Below, piece by piece: positions 23,701 through 34,764 of a stretch of DNA of 64,000 nucleotides. The notes under the pieces are model-generated. The model made no database searches. It was given only the letters and a program-made list of their open reading frames with translations, and was not told the origin of the DNA. The stretch spans positions 951,045-1,015,044 of the forward strand of contig NMRA01000077.1 in the NCBI GenBank assembly GCA_002633005.1, given 5' to 3'. The position numbers and the translations under genes are program-made. The stretch comes from Phoronis australis. Lineage: Eukaryota; Animalia; Phoronida. Positions within the stretch are counted from its first letter, which is position 1. The number at the start of each line of letters is the position of its first letter.

Positions 23701-26700
23701 GCTTATGACGTTGGTTTAGGGCTGAGAAAAATAACTGGGGAAAACATCTACCGTATACGAGGTTAGGTGGATATAAACTGATTAAGACAGTAAAAAAGGC
23801 TAATTAAATCGGGTGGCATTCTGCTTTAAGAGACTTGGAATTTTGGTCACAACTTTTGTTTAGACCACAGGCTTAACACTGACTGTAAAATGCCTTCAAA
23901 GGCAAAAAAAATTAGGATGTATAGCACAAAGATAAAATTCAAAAGTCATCAAAACTTTTCTGGTTTATTAACTTAAACACTACCTCATCCAATACTTTAT
24001 CGTCCACATCATCAGTAGCATCACCTGACTGAAGACACGCCTGCAGCCTCTCTATCAGCTCCATCTTGTTGCCTACCACTGGTTGTCCCCGAGACTTCAA
24101 CTCTTTTTTCAAGTCTGCTACCTGAAGTAGACACCACCACAGTAAAACTAAAACATAAGGATTATAACAGTTTTGGAACTTTGTCTACAACTATAACATA
24201 AAATGACCTTTTAGTACACTGGATATTATTTTTAAAAAAATCATCATTCCTGAAACATGGCTTTTGCGTGACACTATAATTCATTACTGTTTTTCACCAT
24301 GTCTACTCATAGTAAATCTTGTTTTTTTCCGCCCATCACTTAAGTAATGCAGACTTTTTGCTACATCATTAACACCACTTTATATTGCTCCTTGGATAAC
24401 ACACACGTCACAAAAAGTACAACAATTAATACAGAAAACTGCCTCTTATAGATAACCCAAGGTCTGCATTTTTATTTAAAGGTGACATTGAAAACGGATG
24501 CTTCCCTTTAGTAGGTTAACAATTCATTTTTCCCGAACCTCTAAATAAGGGTAAGGTTTAAAAGTGCTGTTTCTTGAACAAAATCCTTCACAAATGTTGA
24601 CTTTTTTATGGAAACTCCCTACAAATGGGTCCCCATTTTTTAAGTCCACTCTCCAGGTGGGTGGGTATCCCACATTTTCCAGCTGCATCCTGAAAAAAAT
24701 ATCGCTGAGTGCCCTCTACAATCTTGCACTGCCACTATCCTACTAAAACATGTTGCAGAGTTTGCAATTCTTGCACACAGTTTACATAACTTGCCACGAT
24801 TTGAAGATCTGGTATTTCTATTGAGAGTTGTAAAATACTCTGCAAACTTGCATTCAATCTAAATAGGAAAGCAGATAAATACACTCTACTTGACTCCTTT
24901 AAACCTACTCTGCAAGTTTTATGGACACATATTTTTTGGTTTTAAACCACTGTTTCCAAAGTGATGCCCACAATTGACCAATACCATCATTATGACTACA
25001 AAAAAGGTGACAGACAGAATTAAGAGTCAAACTCAAATGTTAATATAACTAACCAACAGCTACCTGTATGTTTACCACAGATTTTACTATTTTCTCTATG
25101 TCCTGGATATTTGTCCAAAAGTGTCAAAATTTGCCAGGACGTTTTGAAAATTTGCCAGGACATTTTGAAAATTAGCCAGACAAAATTCATCATTGGAGAA
25201 GTCCATAACTAAGAGTCCAAATTCTCCCCAAAAGTTAAAACTGAAAACATCTTTTCCCCACCAGCATTGGCAGTGTGTATGTACCCCAGGTGGCCGCGGC
25301 TCCATGCAGTGGCGTATACACCCATCTCATAAAAAAGTACAGGTAAGAGGAAATAAAAAGTGTTATTGACATAACGTACACCTTATTCGATGACTTTACA
25401 AGCGCTGAAATGTGCCCAAGACTGTAACGCAAAAAGTGTGCATCTAGGGGTATTTAATTGTATCATAAAAATGACCATTAGATTGCACAGAATACATCAA
25501 ACAATGAACACAGCCACTAAAATGGCCACTAGATGACGCAAAATATGTCGATTCCATCCGAAAATGGGATAATTGCCACTGGGGGGCCACAGCATTTTTG
25601 GATCCGTCTGAAGGTCGTCCTCATCCGTTGTCAACTCCATATAAATACACTCGCTAAAATTAATATAAATCCTGCACAGGGCTTAGGAGCTACAGCCATG
25701 GGTGCAAAAATCTGTCACCAAAGAGGCGCCACAGTAGTTGAAGTTGTCGGAAAATTATCATCAACCGTTCTCTTCACTCTAAGAACATATACGCCAATTT
25801 TCACAACAATCCTTAAAGTGGTTTGGATGACATAGGGGTGGATGCCAAAAAATGCCAAAAACAGTAAAAATGGCCATTAGGTGGTGCAAAATATCTTGAA
25901 TCCATCCTAAAACAGTAGGATAGCGCCACCTCACAAATAGATGCCTATCTGCCAAATTTTATGAAAATTCTTTGAGGACCTTTGGAGATACCGAGGTAAA
26001 CATGAAAAACTAAAATTACCACTAGGGGGCAACCAGTTGTCCTATGTCGACATCATATAAAGACACTAGCTAAATTTAATAAAACATCATGCGGAGGGTT
26101 TAGAAGATACTGCCATGGGCGTAAAAAAACAAAACTGCCACTAGGAGGAGGCACCACGCTAGTTGAAGTCGTCGGAAAATCATCGTCAACCATCCTCTTC
26201 ACAGTACTCTCGAGTTCCGAATAGCCGTATCTATACGATTATTTACTTCAGACACGTTTCCGGTTTATACGACGCTTATTCAGGTCTCTACGTTTATTAA
26301 TTTTCTAACCTTTTTCCACGTTCCACGATTATTTGGTGAATCAACTTCACAATTTTTGTTTCATTCAATACAAATTTGTAACACAAAAACTTTGCTGTTG
26401 ACGCCGAATGTCATATCTTGGTTTTACGACGAAGTGAATTCGCTGTAAACCTCTAGACCACGAGGCACTCAGTTCAGAGTTTGTAATTTAGAAGAACTAT
26501 ATACGACTCCACGTTACACACGGAAGTCACATGTCATACACATTAAAAGATGTTATTTGCTAAAATATACAACTGTACGTTTCAGAGCGTAAAATAATCA
26601 GACTCCAAGCAAGGGTTTACGCAGCGGCCGTCTGTTGGACCGCCAGAATTTAAAATTGGACGGGTTCGACAGGATCGGTCAGAATGAAGAAAGTGTTGGC

Positions 26701-29700
26701 AAAATTTAAAAAACCTTGAAATGATGACCATTTTCTCAATATTAACGGCTGGTCAGACGGTCAATTTGAGTATGATTTACGAGTGGCGGGGCCAAAAAAG
26801 GAGCGTGGTGGGCCGCCCAGAAGTTTACACGCAAGGGAAACCCTGTGTAGTGTTTATGCCATGTACCATTTGTATTGTCACATGGCACAACTGAAAAAAT
26901 CTCAAATGGGACATGCAACCGTCGCATGTGAGAATACAATGTTCCATGCGAGAAATGCCATTTGTCACATGGAACGTGAGTTTTTGAACGTTAATTACAG
27001 CAAATAGATAACTTTTTTAGTTGTGATTTTCATTTCAATATTTACTTTCTTGGCAAAATGAGTTTTTAATCTGTTGCACCCACCTTCAATAGAGTGAAAA
27101 CATTTTTTGTGACTTTGTGAAAATCTCATTTTATTTTGGAATGCGTTTCTACCTAATAGCTCACTTGCGAGTTTCCAGTTAGTCAATGTGACGTCACCGG
27201 AAGAGGGGCAAAACCCGCCATATTGTTCTTATTTTACTCCGTGTCTTTGCTACACACACACACACACGAAATCTTACTGGAGTTCTAATGGTGAATTTTA
27301 CGCTTAAAACATTAACACAATTTAAGGGATGGTCGATGGATCGTGGAATAACTGCGAATGGACGAACAAAATATGAACTTGTAATGATGTTGTGCGAAGC
27401 TGAGAACGGACTGAAATTGGAACTTGACCCAGTCTAGGCCTGAATGTCGCAAGCATACAGGGGCGATAGTAGATCCCCATAAAAAGTTACTCATTTCAAA
27501 ATACAGAAAATAAAATCAATTGAAACATGCATTTGTGCACATTATTATTAGCACATACCCTGACTTTGAATACAATTTAGTCTACAAATAACTTTGGAAT
27601 ATCCATGAAAATCTTGCGGTTCGCTTGAGTTTCTCTCAGCGGGCGTCATTTTGAGGAAGTTACGTGAAATCACGCCTGTTGACGAACAAAAAGTCCAAGG
27701 GACACAAATCTTACAAATTTCACTTAATATTTTCCGATGCTATTGTGCAAGTGTCACGCGCCAGGTCATGTGCTTTGCTCAGTCTCGCACTAGCCTTTGC
27801 CTCATACTCACCTGACTCAATTGAAATACTTTGTGGTTATCGCGTGCGCAGTCAAAGTTAACCGTAACCACAAAGTGGAGTTGGAATTCTTCGCCACAGT
27901 CACCTGAATTCCCGTAGCTATGCTTCATCGAAGATTTGTTTGGAAGCAGAAATGATCACTGAAGTAAGCGCCTTAGTAGGTGATAATTTTAGGTGTAGAA
28001 TGTATTTTTGGTGAGGTGAAGCAGATTTCGTCTACCGCCCGTTTAAAATACACGGGACGAAATAAATACAGAACGCGATGGAATGTATTGTAGTGCGAAT
28101 TTGAATTTCATTTGCCATAACAGCAATGCTTGTTTGGCATTTTTCACACTAAAAGATTAAAAACTCAAAGTAAACAACAGAACACACTCTGCTACCGTAT
28201 CGGGCAAATGGCAAATAGAAGGGAATAATAATGCAAAACAGCAAATAGAAGGGAATAATAATGCAAAACAGCAAATAGAAGGGAATAATAATGCAAAACA
28301 GCAAATAGAAGGGAATAATAATGCAAAACAGCAAATAGAAGGGAATAATAATGCAAAACAGCAAATAGAAGGGAATAATAATGCAAAACAGCAAATAGAA
28401 GGGAATAATAATGCAAAACAGCAAATAGAAGGGAATAATAATGCAAAACAGCAAATAGAAGGGAATAATAATGCAAAACAGCAAATAGAAGGGAATAATA
28501 ATGCAAAACAGCAAATTCTAGGGAATAATGGTATAGACAGGAAATTTTTGGAAAATTGAAAATAGTATAGACTGGAACAATAACATTGAATACAAATTTG
28601 CATAAAATCTAGTAACGGACGATGGAAATAATAGGAAGTGCAAAATCTAATAATGATGTAGATGGGAATAATAGTGCAAAGAAGCAAATTCTGTCCGACT
28701 TACCACCGCTTTAAGTAATTGTTTCAAAGAAAAACCTTTAAACTGAACATTAGCATAATTAAATTATTGCAGTGATGTATCCACCCAAGTAATAACATAG
28801 TACAGTGAAGTGGAATAAAAGTGTCAGTGCTAAAACAAAGACCATTCGTTTATTCAATAACTTTAAATGAAAGTGTTTCAAACATTATGTGGAATCATTT
28901 TACTCAAAAAGAATGTGACATTCATACTAGATATGCCAATGTCGACTTAGCCCAAAACCTATAACACGGAGGTAAAGATTTCAGCAACAACGTCCAGTCT
29001 TCCACGAAGCCGACAGTCTGAATAAAGACAATAAAGTGTCTTGGTAAAATGAGTCGCATTTTTATAGCACATGTTCCTGATAGTCGAGCCTTTGTTTTCT
29101 CTCAATCTCATGTCTTCCTCAACGTTCATAGTCAATACCCTTCTAATGTTAATCAGAATTCGACGTCAAAAAGTCGGTACATCCAACATTTTACACGGCC
29201 AGAAATTGAGATTTCTTGTCAGAACATAACAAGTCCATGACCACATACACCATCTTGAATATCTAATTTGGTATAAAAAACAAACCGATTCACGTGCATT
29301 TCCATTTATTTGGACGGGAGAGCAAGTAGAAATCAATTTCAGTAAAGATATCGACTGGATTGTCGAACATTAGCAACTATGTCATTTTCAAGATTATCAC
29401 AAATCCATTCTTCCTGTTCATAAAAACAATCTATTCTCAAGTTTGGAGTGAATTGTAAAAATGCTGATGTCCCATGACGGCAACTTGTCGGTAGGCCTAT
29501 TGTTGATTGAAAGGTTTGGCAACGTTCCTTAATTGCACGGGTATTTGCGCTTCGTTGACTAGCCGCGTTATCACCATGGTTCATATCTGTAGCTGGATTA
29601 TTTGTCATACCAGCATCTGAATCAATGTCTGTATCTGGAACATCTCTCGGTTCGTAAAATAATCCTCTAGTTTTTAGGCCTTTGCGCGGCAGACGACATG

Positions 29701-32184
29701 ATTAAGTATGTAGAATGTGCATGTCAATCATGACAGAAACCGCAGATGACACTGGCTGTGCAAAATCCCGGAATTACTGCCCCCGGAAACGCAAACATTG
29801 GGCACAGACACAGTGACGAGTTGTAACGGCTTGCGAGTTTTTCACAGGGCGCAATCATAAATATTGGATCAGCCAAAGAAACTCGTTGAAAGGGTTTTTA
29901 TTCATATGTATGTTGAAAAATGGGCTAAGAAAGCACTTTTTGAGCATTTAATTTCTCATTTCTAAAATTACTGATTGTGAACTTGCGGAACCAAATAATC
30001 GTGGAGCGCGAAAAAAGTTAGAAAATTAATAAACGTAGAGATCTGAATAAGCGTTGTATAGACCGGAAAACGAGTCTGAAATAAATAATCGTATAGATAC
30101 GGCTATTCAGAAACCAACATCTGATAAGTTAGTTCTACATATTGTTAAATCTTATTCCTAAGCAATTAGTTAAAAATGTCTCGTTTTCACACTGGAAGAG
30201 AGCACAGGTGATTTGAAACAAAATGTGAATGCCAAAAGTCAATGCTGTCTGCTAAACCATGCTTCACACTTTGTTTTAAGAAGATGCTAAAGGCCTGTTA
30301 CTGATACTTTAAAAAAATCACCATTATTACTTACATGGGCATGCATAAGAGCCATCAACGACATGGTCCAGAGAATAATTTTGTGCAAGCTTAGGGGGAG
30401 TTCTAAATTAAAAACCAATTAATTAAAATGTGTTTTTACGATTGATTAAAAATGTTTTAAACTTTATTTCACATTTTATATTTTGACAGTCACATTTACT
30501 TATTGTTTTTGAATTAGCATTCTATTTAATGCATAAATACAGGTTTTCCGGATCACTAATAGCTGTCAAATACAAAATGACTATCACTCTCATTCCCATC
30601 TATATTGCTTACCATCTTCAAAGGGAACTGAAGAATTTAGGTGCTTGCTTTATGTCTTTAATCAAATATATTGAAAAGTTAAAATCATAGAGTATATTCC
30701 TAGCATAGGCCTACCTGTGATAATTTCGTGCGAAAGGTCAGTTGGTACATTATAATTAAAAAACACTGAATTAGTAGCAAAAGACCAATATAGCTTAAAT
30801 ACTGCAAAAGCTTGAATCATTTTGAATTCATATCTTAGTAACTGAGGGTACGCCCTTTACGTAGGTCCATCACACTAACTCAACTTATATCGAGATGTCA
30901 GTGAAAAAAATCAGGGTAATTGTTTACAATATGACGATAATGACTTAGACATATGATTTTGGTATCGTTCGATTCCTCGCAATGTTATCTTTCCAAATAT
31001 ACACAGAAATTTCTCCTACCCCGTTCCCTTAGTTTTTTATCGTGAAATTTCTGCTCGCACTATTTCCTGGTACTCGGTGCGAAACCGCCATGTTGAATGG
31101 ATAAGGAGTCACCTGGCGGTCAAAAACTGAACTAATCTACCGACTTGCAGATCGTCGCTTTTCATAAGTTCAAATTGACCGAGACCCGTCAATCCCCTGC
31201 GCGAGTTACGTAACCAAGGGTTCGAATTCAATCCTATGGTGACCCTGATTTACGCATCTGCTAGCAAGAATCTGCCAAAAAAGCGGAGGTTGTTTTTGAA
31301 GTCCAGATTTATGAAAAAGTATCACTTCAGACAATTTCATGGAAAAATGGTCAAATGGTCACAATTCTAAAAAAATGGAAAAGGTAAAATGCTTCTACTT
31401 GTGCATCCACCATATTATGTCAGGAAAACTTTAGCGGGAATCTCGCGCGGGCAACCACCATTCAGAATCAATAATGCTGTTTCATTCAATAACAATAGGT
31501 GTCGCTGTTATCTTGAGTTGAACTAACATGGCGGTGTCCACCGGGAAATAGTGCTAACTGAAATTCGACGATAAAATATGAAGGAAACGCGGTAGGGGAT
31601 CAATTCATATATTTTCAGAAAGATGACGGCGCGAGGAATCGAACGATACCAAAATCATATGTCTAAGTCATTGTCGTCATATTGTAAACAATTACCAAAA
31701 TCAGTGTTTTACTTCGCAAATATTCCACTATATCATCGTATAAAACAAAAAAATGTAACTTAATGTAACTCACAGAAATTTAACGTTAAAATTAAAAAAA
31801 AAAAAAATCCAATTCTCTGCGTACCTCCATCGCACCCCTTTAAAGGCAATTTTCTCAGTCAGATTAAAAGATAGGGGGGGAGTTGATAAGGCTTTGAAAA
31901 ATATCCATGAGAATGATCATTACTTATTTACCTCGGATGAATATTTTTTCACGATTTATCAAAATGATCTAGGATTGAACGTCCGTTACCAAACGGAATT
32001 GCTCAGAAGTAGGCCTAATAATATGTACTACTTCTTTGTGCAATAGCTAACACTTGCTTCGTTTTCCGTATGATGTCGACGGGTCTAGGTGGCCATTATG
32101 CAAAGCAGCGAAACTCAAAACAAGTGACAACTGTCGAAGATATACCTTAAGTTTTGAAACATCCATGCCCGCCGTGTCCGCCAT
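11660..32184 (-). CDS. SARNP: SAP domain-containing ribonucleoprotein (SARNP/CIP29/Tho1), complete 9-exon CDS, 252 aa
   Basis: Exons 32184-32146, 24121-23984, 21988-21900, 18211-18139, 17578-17394, 15658-15604, 14843-14772, 12047-11982, 11701-11660. N-terminal SAP domain (SKLKVADLKKELKSRGQPVVGNKMELIERLQ), acidic linker, repeated R-x-x-[RK]-F-G motifs and the C-terminus KKQKRAERFGLT*. All splice phases are consistent. Confidence 0.93.
11982..12047 (-). CDS. SARNP: SARNP exon 8
   Basis: SASDKAQNRKQRFNVTTSSEVE; acceptor attgcag; donor gtgagg. Confidence 0.85.
14410..14518. repeat. Imperfect (CA)n/(CAGA)n microsatellite
   Basis: acacacagaccgacacacacagacagaccc...cgcacacacac. Confidence 0.85.
14696..14800. 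repeat. 52-bp tandem duplication spanning the SARNP exon 7 donor
   Basis: caagtaaccttgagttagactcacattcagtggagtagtagta(c/g)taacaact occurs twice (14696 and 14748). Confidence 0.92.
14772..14843 (-). CDS. SARNP: SARNP exon 7
   Basis: PPLTDKMKRRMERFGVVTTTTPLN; acceptor tttgcag; donor gtgagt. Confidence 0.88.
15455..15551. repeat. 33-bp tandem repeat, about 3 copies
   Basis: Unit ccccgaatactgtaaaatcaaatcgaatcaaga. Confidence 0.9.
15604..15658 (-). CDS. SARNP: SARNP exon 6
   Basis: (R)FGIAHSGKADITTIAKTS completes the RAERFG motif split by the intron; acceptor tttgtag; donor gtaagt. Confidence 0.88.
15845..15980 (+). mobile_element. Possible degenerate tRNA-derived SINE head
   Basis: tgtagttcagtggt (A-box-like) followed by atttcaaatcctgg (decayed B-box-like). 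Confidence 0.35.
16581..16781. repeat. 33-bp minisatellite, 6 copies
   Basis: Unit tacattcatgcgtcaaactccgtggagctaaga. Confidence 0.95.
17394..17578 (-). CDS. SARNP: SARNP exon 5
   Basis: RQELRASKFGVTSDEQKKMLRAKKFGLS...KKLERAKRFSIDNPEAKKKARAE(R); acceptor ttcttag; donor gtactt. Confidence 0.92.
18139..18211 (-). CDS. SARNP: SARNP exon 4
   Basis: (S)AANVKPEASKVVAKTGVTQLSDAE; acceptor gttccag; donor gtaagt. Confidence 0.82.
18871..20178 (+). mobile_element. HINE-like element, near-complete copy (interrupted by assembly gap)
   Basis: 5' acaagagcaacgcagagcgttgaaatgcgcccac; core repeats; (GGAC)n microsatellite at about 20105-20130; 3' hairpin tgcgtccatat..atgtgggcgca plus A-run. The 5' tgcgcccac is inverted relative to the 3' gtgggcgca. 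Confidence 0.85.
19031..19780. other. Assembly gap
   Basis: Run of N. Confidence 1.
20773..21284. mobile_element. hAT-like MITE
   Basis: Perfect 13-bp TIRs cagggcttggaat / attccaagccctg with subterminal cgcggaaa repeats. The flanks agatgt / agatat are similar but not a clean 8-bp TSD. Confidence 0.72.
21637..21863. other. Assembly gap
   Basis: Run of N. Confidence 1.
21900..21988 (-). CDS. SARNP: SARNP exon 3 (acidic linker)
   Basis: DSTPEDDTVVDTLTEVEDLKVLQSVSSTS; acceptor atttcag; its phase-2 donor matches the next exon. Confidence 0.8.
22262..23825. mobile_element. Kolobok-like non-autonomous DNA transposon
   Basis: TTAA on both sides; termini aggagaataccaccc / gggtggcattctgct are imperfect TIRs. 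A second copy of the left arm lies at about 45042-45390. Confidence 0.75.
23984..24121 (-). CDS. SARNP: SARNP exon 2 (SAP domain)
   Basis: VADLKKELKSRGQPVVGNKMELIERLQACLQSGDATDDVDDKVLDE between acceptor cttcag and donor gtagtg. Confidence 0.93.
25410..26205 (+). mobile_element. HINE-like element, 3'-truncated copy
   Basis: gcgctgaaatgtgcccaa head and core repeats (ccactagggggca etc.) shared with the other copies; ends where the long-TIR element starts. Confidence 0.78.
26610..26845. mobile_element. Small hAT-like MITE nested in the long-TIR element
   Basis: Imperfect TIRs caagggtttac / gggaaaccctg with GC-rich ggccgcc subterminal motifs. Confidence 0.5.
28211..28529. repeat. 30-bp minisatellite, 10 perfect copies plus a degenerate tail
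   Basis: Unit gcaaatagaagggaataataatgcaaaaca. Confidence 0.97.
30915..31696. mobile_element. MITE with long TIRs and 8-bp TSD (Merlin- or MULE-like) in SARNP intron 1
   Basis: TIR ggtaattgtttacaatatgacgataatgacttagacatatgattttggtatcgttcgattcctcgc..., imperfect out to about 175 bp; TSD aaaatcag at 30907-30914 and 31697-31704. Confidence 0.88.
32146..32184 (-). CDS. SARNP: SARNP exon 1 (MADTAGMDVSKLK)
   Basis: ATG in aaaaATGG context at 32184; donor gtatat follows 32146. Confidence 0.88.
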
Positions 32185-32266
32185 TTTTGTAAACAGCCCA
32201 AATTCACCAACAGGGGTCAGAGCATGTTATGTTGTACTTCCGGGTTACTACATGGCAGCAGTAAGT
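32170..32266. promoter_or_regulatory. Probable bidirectional promoter shared by SARNP (-) and COASY (+), including a likely COASY 5' leader exon ending at 32260
   Basis: A YY1-like CCGCCATTTT overlaps the SARNP ATG, an ETS-like ACTTCCGG lies at 32236-32243, and a consensus + strand donor gtaagt is at 32261. The COASY first coding exon begins at an acceptor (34157), so it needs an upstream exon. Confidence 0.6.
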
Positions 32267-32774
32267 AATTCAGTGTTTGCTGAAACCAAACAGTATTAAT
32301 CTATCTGTGCAGACAATTGCCCTACTTTGTAAGGACTAAACCTGGACAGAGTTCAGTAACGCTTGGACTTCGCTAAAAAGCAAACCATCGCGAGATTACG
32401 TGAGATATTGTCTTGTATTTTAAGTGAGAATACGTGATTTTGGCTACATTTTTATCTCACTGGTTCCCACCGTGTCCCCCAAGGGGGTAGAGACCACGCA
32501 GGTATCATTTATTTTTCCTCGGGAATTTTTTCACCAGTGTTTCTGATTGGCTGGTCGAATTTTCAACAGGCAGTACTTTACGTAAAAAACTGGCCGGAGG
32601 AAGAGTAACTGTGGATGCTTAGTTTGTGGTCTGTTGTACGGACAAATCAGTGCTTAATTCATGTTCAAGAAATGTGAATCAAAATGTTATGGTTGTGCCC
32701 TTTCGGAGCGCATTTTTTTACTTTCACTGTCGCTGACTTGTGTTTCCATTGATGCCCTGCATTCACATTCACAT

Positions 32775-33395
32775 AGTGTACCTAATTATCGGACGGACCC
32801 TAAATATCGGACATTACATAAAATCTTACTTGAAGCATAATCTGAGAAATATATGACACAATGTTTTGTTCCGCTGTAATGCATTCAATGTCAGGCACTG
32901 TCTCGTTTTTTTTTCTAGCATTGCCTCGTTTTGATTTTACCGAGAGAGGGTGCAATTTAGACCCCCAAGTCAGCCTAAAATGGACGATTGCATAAACCGG
33001 TTATAAAAGTTGAAAACAAAATCTTTTTCCTCAATGAAATCATCTAATTGAACTAACAATATGTCAAAGTTTCATTTTTTCATTTGTTTTTAAACTCAAG
33101 TCAACCCCGGCCACACACGTGCGTGTGTCATATTAAGAAGGCAAAGAGATACTAAAAACTTCAATGAGTTTGCACGCGCTTTAGTCGTCTGCACTGATTC
33201 ATCGAAACGACTTGGTGCTATCATCAGACTTCATGTTATGGATAATTTTGTTGCGAATGGAGCTGTGTTTTAGCAGCATATGTCAAAACACTCGAGCTAA
33301 AATTTAGCTACAAGGTGCCCGCGGCCATTACTTGGTTAGTCAGTTTTCCACAGTGTGGCATATAGGGAAACATGTGTCCGATATTTAGGTTCTCC
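32775..33395. mobile_element. Decayed TIR element (Tc1/mariner-like)
   Basis: accctaaatatcggaca (about 32797) and the inverted tgtccgatatttaggt (about 33375). Confidence 0.5.
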
Positions 33396-34169
33396 GAAGG
33401 TTTGCTAGTTGTGTTTTTTAAAGATTAGTCGGAACATAAATGTGGCTTTCGGTGACGAGATATAGTAATGTTCACAAGAAATCTATAAAGGTAAGCGAAA
33501 CACCATAGACTACATAACGAGTACCTATGGTCAAACTAGTGAGATTCTTGCGTCTGCGATGTATACCAGAGAGCAACTTGAACTTTTTTAAGTTCAGTGA
33601 AACGTGGTTACGTGCATGTAATTATGTATAACATTAGTTTTTGATCTTTGCTTATTGTAACTATTGTATGTGCGCAGCGCGCATTTTGATTATTTGTGCA
33701 CGGGTAATTGTACTGCTAAACACACAAGTTGCAATGGCGTTCTTATGCCAATTTGGACTACCTAGAAGACATTACCAACTGAACGGCGAAAATTGGAAGA
33801 TGTTAGGACTGCAACAGACTTTTAATGAAAATTTTTTGTTTCAACACGAAAATTGTGATGTCAGAAGCACTGAATGCTGTATGAAGTCAGTGATGACTCA
33901 TTCCTTACAACTTAAATTTGTTTGACTTAAAATTATTAAGCAAGCCCAGCACAGCTGCATGAAGCACAAACAGCAGTCAGAGCATGTGACACTTCCAGGT
34001 TTTGGCTGTTGCTCAGTGTTTGCTGAAACTAGCTTCTGGCATTCAGGTTGTCTAGGAATAAGCTCAATAGCAAATACAGTCTGGCTAGCCAAGTTTTTGC
34101 ATGTGATAGGATTAAACATTAATTGAACATTTAATATTATCTTAACATGCTTACAGGTATTGTGTGATC

Positions 34170-34764
34170 ATGTTTTGCACCGGCTTACTTGTCCTGACTT
34201 CTCCGTTGCCAAGACTACGATATTCTCTTCCTTCACTACTGAATGCTGTGTCACAGAAGGTCGCTGATACATTATACGTCCATGTGGCACCTGGTCTTAC
34301 ATCTCTCAGTCAAAGTGTCGGGTGCACAACAGATATGCTTGAGACCGTGAGCTCGGTTTACAGCCAGTCGGCCACTGTTTGCGATCAACTTGATGTTCGG
34401 GTTCTCTTACATAACTTCAGGTGCTGTCAAGGCTCACCACAGATCCATGGCTTTCCCTCGTTACATAAGTCTTGCGATGTCATCTTTACAGATTTCTCCA
34501 GCCGTGATCGAGATTCATTTGTAAAATTACTTCGTTGTGCTGTGCTCATGCCTGAGGTTCCGTTAGAGTTTATTGCTTCCCAAGAGTCAAATGAAGATCC
34601 CAGACAGGAAGAATCAAACTGTGTCATTCAAGGATATGACAATGTTGTCTTAGGAGGAACGTTTGATCGATTGCATAATGGTCATAAGATCTTGCTGTCA
34701 CAGTCACTGATGCGGTGTAATAAGTTGCTTGCTATAGGTGTCACCAATGGTGAAATGATTGCAA
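34170..34764 (+). CDS. COASY: COASY coding exon 1
   Basis: Acceptor ttacag ends at 34156; ATG at 34170; contains [11 protein letters not shown]; donor gtatgt at 34765. Confidence 0.95.

Larger units (their letters stand above)
26219..30108. mobile_element. About 3.9-kb DNA element with about 120-bp TIRs (possibly Mutator-like), containing nested insertions
   Basis: gaatagccgtatctatacgattattt...ccacgattatttgg (26219-26338) is the reverse complement of ccaaataatcgtgg...atcgtatagatacggctattc (29991-30108). No intact transposase. Confidence 0.8.

Noticed and set aside
28149-28687. Repetitive Cys/hydrophobic ORFs on the minus strand
   Set aside because: These are translations of a perfect 30-bp tandem repeat that lacks stops in all three minus frames; there is no splice or homology support.
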